Source: a virus (taxonomy: Duplodnaviria > Heunggongvirae > Uroviricota > Caudoviricetes). From it: a stretch of 24,770 nucleotides of DNA. Each line of letters opens with the position of its first letter. The stretch's first letter is position 1. This document shows, piece after piece, positions 19,247-24,770 of this stretch. The notes beneath the pieces were generated by a model. That model was not told the DNA's origin. It saw nothing but the letters and a program-made list of their open reading frames with translations, and ran no database searches. Where the stretch lies: IMG/VR virus record IMGVR_UViG_2671180298_000004; one strand, 5' to 3'. The position numbers and the translations under genes were made by a program.

Positions 19247-19375
19247 ATGGATTTCGACACAATCATGGAAAAGGCTTACGAAGAATACTTCGAAGGCCTT
19301 GCCGAAGGCGAAGAAGCTCTCAGCTTCAGTGAGTTTAAACAGGCGCTTTCCAGTTCGGCAAAATCTAACGGCTGA
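19247..19375 (+). CDS. ydfB: YdfB (42 aa).
   Basis: Starts 1 nt after the ydfA stop; sequence MDFDTIMEKAYEEYFEGLAEGEEALSFSEFKQALSSSAKSNG. Confidence 0.75.
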   Translation: MDFDTIMEKAYEEYFEGLAEGEEALSFSEFKQALSSSAKSNG

Positions 19376-19404
19376 TAAGCGAAACAGCACCGCGAGGAAT
19401 CAGT

Positions 19405-19623
19405 ATGCAGAAACGAGAACCCGTCATCATCGCGCCAGACTATACCGATGATGAACTTTATGAGTGGATGCGCCAGAAAATTAATGCAGCGCAGGATCTG
19501 AAATGGGCTAATGAAGCCAGGGCTAAGCAGGCTGAAAATCTGTCCGCTCTGGAGCAGGATATCACCAATCTGGAAAAAGCAGCGGCATTAAGCATTGCCA
19601 GAATGATTACATACCCGCGTTAG
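19405..19623 (+). CDS. ydfC: YdfC (72 aa).
   Basis: ORF track; sequence MQKREPVIIAPDYTDDELYEWMRQKINAAQDLKWANEARAKQAENLSALEQDITNLEKAAALSIARMITYPR. Confidence 0.8.
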   Translation: MQKREPVIIAPDYTDDELYEWMRQKINAAQDLKWANEARAKQAENLSALEQDITNLEKAAALSIARMITYPR

Positions 19624-19963
19624 TAGCTAATCAACAAAGCTAAGGTTAGTAATTAAGGAGTTCTCCACGGGTGAGGTGGAGTGCGTGCGCCGGACACGGG
19701 TGCGCATCCGGAACTGACAGTTTACTGAAAGGATATTTCCCTGAAAAGTCAGACCATAACGCGAAAGCGCACGGCGAGGTAGCTGGTTCATAGATAGCCT
19801 GTCGTTAAATTTTCGTCGACCGTGCGCTTCCGGTTGTGGCAACCCGCGAAATGGCGCGGCGGTAAGTATGGCGGGGTTATTCCTTCCCCGTTGAGGACAC
19901 CGGGTTGTCAGGTTGACCATACGCTTAAGTGACAACCCCGCTGCAACGCCCTCTGTTATCAAT

Positions 19964-20016
19964 TTTCTGGTGACGTTTGGCGGTATCAGTTTTACTCCGT
20001 GACTGCTCTGCCGCCC
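19964..20016 (+). ncRNA. dicF: DicF small RNA (53 nt) with 3' terminator hairpin and T-run.
   Basis: Sequence TTTCTGGTGACGTTTGGCGGTATCAGTTTTACTCCGTGACTGCTCTGCCGCCC followed by TTTTT matches DicF from memory; GGCGG...CCGCC stem. Confidence 0.9.
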
Positions 20017-20190
20017 TTTTTAAAGTGAATTTTGTGATGTGGTGAATGCGGCTGAGCGCACGCGGAACAGTTAAAACCAAAAACAGTGTTATGGGTGGAT
20101 TCTCTGTATCCGGCGTTAATTGTTAACTAGTTAACGTCACCTGGAGGCACCAGGCACTGCATCACAAAATTCATTGTTGAGGACGCGATA

Positions 20191-20379
20191 ATGAAAACGT
20201 TATTACCAAACGTTAATACGTCTGAAGGTTGTTTTGAAATTGGTGTCACTATCAGTAACCCAGTATTTACTGAAGATGCCATTAACAAGAGAAAACAAGA
20301 ACGGGAGCTATTAAATAAAATATGCATTGTTTCAATGCTGGCTCGTTTACGTCTGATGCCAAAAGGATGTGCACAATGA
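20191..20379 (+). CDS. dicB: Cell-division inhibitor DicB (62 aa).
   Basis: Sequence MKTLLPNVNTSEGCFEIGVTISNPVFTEDAINKRKQERELLNKICIVSMLARLRLMPKGCAQ. Confidence 0.9.
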   Translation: MKTLLPNVNTSEGCFEIGVTISNPVFTEDAINKRKQERELLNKICIVSMLARLRLMPKGCAQ

Positions 20380-20567
20380 ATTCAGCATTTGTGCTTGTTC
20401 TGACAGTTTTTCTTGTTTCCGGAGAGCCAGTTGATATTGCAGTCAGTGTTCACAGGACAATGCAGGAGTGTATGACTGCAGCAACCGAACAGAAAATTCC
20501 CGGTAACTGTTACCCGGTCGATAAAGTTATTCACCAGGATAATATCGAAATCCCGGCAGGTCTTTAA
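20376..20567 (+). CDS. ydfD: YdfD (63 aa) small hydrophobic N-terminus protein; start overlaps the dicB stop (ATGA).
   Basis: Internal ATG of ORF 20322-20567; sequence MNSAFVLVLTVFLVSGEPVDIAVSV... Confidence 0.8.
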   Translation: MNSAFVLVLTVFLVSGEPVDIAVSVHRTMQECMTAATEQKIPGNCYPVDKVIHQDNIEIPAGL

Positions 20568-20659
20568 AACAGTTCCGTAATAAATATCCGGTTTCATTCT
20601 TATATGCCAGCAATGGCAGGGATTTGTTCATCCTTAAATCTGTCATGAGGTTAAAACAA

Positions 20660-23131
20660 ATGAGTAAAGTCTTTATTTGCGCCGCTATTCCTGACGAACT
20701 GGCAACAAGGGAAGAAGGCGCTGTGGCTGTAGCCACAGCCATTGAAGCTGGCGACGAACGCCGTGCTCGAGCAAAATTTCACTGGCAATTCCTGGAACAT
20801 TATCCGGCTGCTCAGGACTGCGCTTATAAATTTATTGTCTGCGAGGATAAACCTGGCATACCCCGCCCTGCCCTCGATTCATGGGATGCTGAATATATGC
20901 AGGAAAACCGCTGGGATGAGGAGTCTGCTTCTTTTGTCCCGGTTGAGACTGAATCCGATCCGATGAACGTCACTTTTGACAAGCTGGCCCCTGAAGTACA
21001 GAACGCTGTCATGGTTAAGTTCGACACATGTGAAAACATCACCGTTGATATGGTTATTAGCGCACAGGAATTGTTGCAGGAAGACATGGCAACATTCGAC
21101 GGACATATCGTTGAAGCGTTGATGAAAATGCCAGAAGTTAACGCCATGTATCCGGAGCTTAAGTTGCACGCCATTGGGTGGGTTAAGCATAAATGTATTC
21201 CTGGTGCTAAATGGCCCGAAATTCAGGCAGAGATGCGCATCTGGAAAAAACGTCGCGAAGGTGAACGCAAGGAAACCGGAAAATACACGTCTGTTGTTGA
21301 TCTCGCCCGCGCCAGAGCCAATCAACAGTACACTGAAAATTCAACAGGAAAAATCAGCCCGGTCATTGCTGCCATTCATCGCGAATACAAGCAGACATGG
21401 AAAACACTGGATGACGAACTGGCCTACGCTCTCTGGCCTAGTGATGTGGATGCCGGAAACATTGACGGCAGCATCCATCGCTGGGCAAAAAAAGAAGTTA
21501 TCGACAACGACCGCGAAGACTGGAAGCGTATCTCGGCATCAATGCGCAAACAGCCTGATGCCCTTCGCTACGACCGCCAAACTATTTTTGGCCTTGTCCG
21601 TGAGCGTCCGATCGACATTCACAAAGATCCCGTAGCACTGAACAAATATATCTGCGAATACCTGACGACAAAGGGCGTGTTTGAGAATGAAGAAACAGAC
21701 CTGGGCACTGTTGATGTTCTCCAGTCATCAGAAACACAAACTGATGCAGTGGAAACTGAGGTATCTGATATCCCAAAAAATGAAACCGCGCCGGAAGCTG
21801 AACCATCTGTAGAGCGTGAGGGGCCGTTCTATTTCCTCTTCGCAGATAAGGACGGAGAAAAATACGGTCGCGCAAACAAACTCTCTGGTCTGGATAAGGC
21901 ACTGGCTGCTGGCGCCACTGAAATCACAAAAGAAGAATATTTTGCCCGAAAAAATGGCACATACACGGGCTTACCGCAAAATGTAGATACCGCTGAAGAT
22001 TCAGAACAACCAGAGCCGATAAAAGTTACCGCTGACGAAGTAAACAAAATTATGCAGGCAGCCAATATCAGCCAGCCTGACGCCGATAAGTTGCTTGCTG
22101 CATCACGTGGTGAATTTGTTGAAGGGATTAGTGACCCGAATGATCCGAAATGGGTTAAGGGGCTCCAGACCCGCGATTCTGTGAACCAGAACCAGCATGA
22201 ATCGGAACGGAACTACCAAAAAGCGGAACAAAACAGTCCAAATGCGTTACAAAACGAGCCAGAAACGAAACAGCCTGAACCAGTAGCGCAACAGGAAGTG
22301 GAAAAAGTCTGCACCGCCTGCGGTCAGACCGGCGGCGGCAACTGCCCTGATTGTGGCGCGGTGATGGGCGACGCAACATACCAAGAAACATTCGATGAAG
22401 AGTATCAGGTTGAAGTTCAGGAAGATGATCCGGAGGAAATGGAAGGCGCTGAACATCCACACAAGGAGAACACTGGCGGCAATCAGCATCACAATAGCGA
22501 TAATGAAACTGGCGAGACGGCAGATCACCCAATTAAGGTGAACGGTCATCACGAAATCACATCCACCAGCAGGACGTGTGACCATCTAATGATCGACCTT
22601 GAAACCATGGGAAAAAATCCTGATGCCCCGATCATCTCAATAGGTGCAATATTTTTCGATCCGCAAACCGGAGATATGGGACCGGAATTTAGTAAGACTA
22701 TCGATCTGGAAACTGCTGGCGGAGTCATTGATCGGGACACCATTAAATGGTGGCTTAAGCAATCACGCGAAGCGCAATCTGCCATTATGACCGATGAAAT
22801 CCCGTTAGATGATGCACTGTTACAATTGCGAGAATTTATCGACGAAAACTCCGGTGAATTTTTTGTTCAGGTTTGGGGAAATGGAGCCAACTTCGACAAC
22901 ACGATTTTGCGCCGTTCATACGAACGGCAGGGGATCCCCTGCCCGTGGCGTTACTACAACGATCGCGATGTACGCACAATCGTTGAGCTGGGGAAAGCCA
23001 TAGACTTCGATGCCAGAACGGCTATTCCATTCGAAGGTGAGCGCCATAATGCACTTGATGACGCCCGTTACCAGGCAAAATACGTTTCAGTTATCTGGCA
23101 AAAACTGATCCCGAGTCAGGCTGATTCTTAA
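20660..23131 (+). CDS. RecE-like protein (823 aa from ATG 20660) with a C-terminal DEDDh (DnaQ-like) 3'-5' exonuclease domain; apparently the intact form of the gene truncated in K-12 (ydfE).
   Basis: Central segment (...KLLAASRGEFVEGISDPNDPKWVKG...CTACGQTGGGNCPDCGAVMGDATYQETFDEE...) matches the non-catalytic middle of Rac RecE from memory. C-terminal ~185 aa carry Exo I (MIDLETMG), Exo II (GNGANFDNTIL) and Exo III (HNALDDARYQA) motifs. Confidence 0.85.
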   Translation: MSKVFICAAIPDELATREEGAVAVATAIEAGDERRARAKFHWQFLEHYPAAQDCAYKFIVCEDKPGIPRPALDSWDAEYMQENRWDEESASFVPVETESDPMNVTFDKLAPEVQNAVMVKFDTCENITVDMVISAQELLQEDMATFDGHIVEALMKMPEVNAMYPELKLHAIGWVKHKCIPGAKWPEIQAEMRIWKKRREGERKETGKYTSVVDLARARANQQYTENSTGKISPVIAAIHREYKQTWKTLDDELAYALWPSDVDAGNIDGSIHRWAKKEVIDNDREDWKRISASMRKQPDALRYDRQTIFGLVRERPIDIHKDPVALNKYICEYLTTKGVFENEETDLGTVDVLQSSETQTDAVETEVSDIPKNETAPEAEPSVEREGPFYFLFADKDGEKYGRANKLSGLDKALAAGATEITKEEYFARKNGTYTGLPQNVDTAEDSEQPEPIKVTADEVNKIMQAANISQPDADKLLAASRGEFVEGISDPNDPKWVKGLQTRDSVNQNQHESERNYQKAEQNSPNALQNEPETKQPEPVAQQEVEKVCTACGQTGGGNCPDCGAVMGDATYQETFDEEYQVEVQEDDPEEMEGAEHPHKENTGGNQHHNSDNETGETADHPIKVNGHHEITSTSRTCDHLMIDLETMGKNPDAPIISIGAIFFDPQTGDMGPEFSKTIDLETAGGVIDRDTIKWWLKQSREAQSAIMTDEIPLDDALLQLREFIDENSGEFFVQVWGNGANFDNTILRRSYERQGIPCPWRYYNDRDVRTIVELGKAIDFDARTAIPFEGERHNALDDARYQAKYVSVIWQKLIPSQADS

Positions 23132-23203
23132 TGTTCAACTGTCGCCGGTTGTGACTGGTATTCTGCAACCGGCGCTCGTCTGATGTAAGAGATAAAGAAA
23201 TCG

Positions 23204-23455
23204 ATGAGCGAAGTAATCATGATTGTCTCTCCCGGCAAATGGGTATCCGAAGAGCAGTTAATTGCGCTGAAAGGAATAAAAAAAGGTACGTTAAAAAAGG
23301 CCCGGGAAAAATCGTTTATGGAAGGAAGGGAATATAAGCATGTCGCTCATGACGGTATGCCATGGGATAACAGTCCATGCTTTTACAACCTGGAAGAAAT
23401 TGATCGCTGGATTGAGCGCCAGGCATCAGCGAGACCAAGACGTCATCTTACTTGA
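23204..23455 (+). CDS. Putative excisionase / small DNA-binding protein (83 aa) immediately upstream of int.
   Basis: ORF track; position between the recE-like gene and the integrase; basic, likely DNA-binding. Confidence 0.5.
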   Translation: MSEVIMIVSPGKWVSEEQLIALKGIKKGTLKKAREKSFMEGREYKHVAHDGMPWDNSPCFYNLEEIDRWIERQASARPRRHLT

Positions 23456-23474
23456 CTAAAAGCCACACTAACTA

Positions 23475-24770
23475 ATGAGAGAAGTTGAAATGAAATATCC
23501 GACAGGCGTGGAAAACCATGGAGGGAAATTACGTATCTGGTTTGTTTATAAAGACGTAAGAGTCAGGGAAAATCTGGGGGTTCCTGACACAGCAAAAAAC
23601 AGGCGCGTTGCAGGTGAACTACGCTCCTCTGTTTGTTACGCAATAAAAACTGGTGTTTTCGACTATGCAAAACAGTTTCCCTCCTCACGCAATCTGGAAA
23701 AATTTGGTGAGGCCCGACAAGATTTAACCATAAAAGAACTGGCTGAAAAATTTCTGGCACTGAAAGAAACTGAAGTCGCCAAAACATCACTCAACACATA
23801 CCGTGCCGTCATCAAAAATATCCTGAGCATAATCGGTGAAAAAAATCTTGCCTCATCGATTAATAAAGAAAAATTACTGGAGGTTCGTAAAGAGTTACTG
23901 ACTGGATACCAGATCCCCAAAAGTAACTATATTGTTACACAACCAGGGAGATCGGCTGTAACTGTAAATAATTACATGACAAATCTTAACGCCGTGTTCC
24001 AGTTTGGTGTTGATAACGGTTACCTGGCAGATAATCCGTTTAAGGGGATCTCGCCATTAAAGGAATCAAGAACCATTCCGGATCCTCTTTCGCGGGAAGA
24101 ATTTATCCGTCTTATCGATGCGTGCAGAAATCAGCAAGCAAAAAATTTATGGTGTGTTTCTGTTTATACTGGAGTTCGCCCTGGTGAGCTGTGTGCACTT
24201 GGATGGGAGGACATAGATCTGAAAAATGGAACAATGATGATCAGGAGAAATTTAGCAAAAGACCGTTTCACGGTACCAAAAACACAGGCGGGAACCAATC
24301 GGGTCATTCATCTTATTAAGCCAGCAATCGACGCTCTCCGGAGTCAGATGACATTAACGAGACTGAGCAAAGAGCATATCATTGATGTTCACCTCAGAGA
24401 GTATGGCAGAACAGAAAAACAAAAATGCACCTTTGTTTTTCAACCTGAAGTGTCAGCGAGAGTAAAAAATTATGGTGACCATTTTACCGTTGACTCAATA
24501 AGGCAGATGTGGGACGCAGCGATAAAACGTGCCGGACTCCGCCATCGAAAATCATATCAGTCGAGACATACTTATGCCTGCTGGTCGCTGACAGCTGGTG
24601 CTAACCCGGCATTTATAGCAAACCAGATGGGCCATGCAGATGCGCAAATGGTATTTCAGGTATACGGAAAATGGATGTCTGAAAACAATAATGCACAGGT
24701 AGCTTTGTTAAATACACAGTTAAGCGAGTTTGCCCCAACCATGCCCCATAACGAAGCAATGAAAAATTAA
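23475..24770 (+). CDS. Tyrosine integrase (431 aa; a start at MKYPTG, nt 23490, is also plausible).
   Basis: C-terminal catalytic region with ...HRKSYQSRHTYACWSL... and ...HADAQMVFQVYGKWM... (R-H-R-Y type motifs); stop codon is the last three bases of the window. Confidence 0.9.
   Translation: MREVEMKYPTGVENHGGKLRIWFVYKDVRVRENLGVPDTAKNRRVAGELRSSVCYAIKTGVFDYAKQFPSSRNLEKFGEARQDLTIKELAEKFLALKETEVAKTSLNTYRAVIKNILSIIGEKNLASSINKEKLLEVRKELLTGYQIPKSNYIVTQPGRSAVTVNNYMTNLNAVFQFGVDNGYLADNPFKGISPLKESRTIPDPLSREEFIRLIDACRNQQAKNLWCVSVYTGVRPGELCALGWEDIDLKNGTMMIRRNLAKDRFTVPKTQAGTNRVIHLIKPAIDALRSQMTLTRLSKEHIIDVHLREYGRTEKQKCTFVFQPEVSARVKNYGDHFTVDSIRQMWDAAIKRAGLRHRKSYQSRHTYACWSLTAGANPAFIANQMGHADAQMVFQVYGKWMSENNNAQVALLNTQLSEFAPTMPHNEAMKN

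Noticed and set aside
19627-19962. 111-aa minus-strand ORF in the ydfC-dicF spacer
   Set aside because: It has no ribosome-binding site and an Arg/Gly-rich composition typical of GC-rich non-coding sequence; the region fits the dicF precursor better.
20824-22785. Minus-strand ORFs within the recE-like gene (20824-21174, 20879-21325, 21582-21902, 22155-22585 and others)
   Set aside because: They are antisense shadow ORFs inside a long gene with recognisable domains.

Overview
This window is almost entirely one defective lambdoid prophage of the E. coli Qin type (gene names are from my memory of the K-12 Qin/Rac annotation, not from a search). It starts in the host MFS transporter gene ydfJ (1-1284, minus) and ends at the stop codon of a tyrosine integrase (24770). 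Left to right: ydfK and serine recombinase pinQ; tail-fibre remnants tfaQ/stfQ; a frameshifted terminase large-subunit fragment; Nu1 homolog nohA and a lambda-identical cos site; cold-shock morons gnsB, ynfN, cspI; the lysis cassette (rzpQ/rzoQ, rrrQ, ydfR, essQ); cspB/cspF; antiterminator quuQ with a PR'-tR'-like unit; ydfU; rem-hokD-relE-relB; a sigma-28 driven flxA; an inserted IS with a 437-aa DDE transposase; then ydfA-ydfB-ydfC, the dicF sRNA, dicB, ydfD, an intact RecE-like gene, xis and int. No CRISPR array, rRNA or tRNA was seen. I found no multi-gene cassette with hallmark defence domains. The best candidates for under-described biology are: (1) the RecE-like protein whose C-terminus is a DEDDh (DnaQ-like) 3'-5' exonuclease, with no RecT partner; (2) the dicF/dicB/ydfD module retained without the dicA/dicC immunity genes, beside an IS and an amber-interrupted ORF; (3) a 92-aa ORF translationally coupled to ydfU; (4) several Shine-Dalgarno-led small membrane peptides. 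All coordinates come from manual reading and need computational confirmation.
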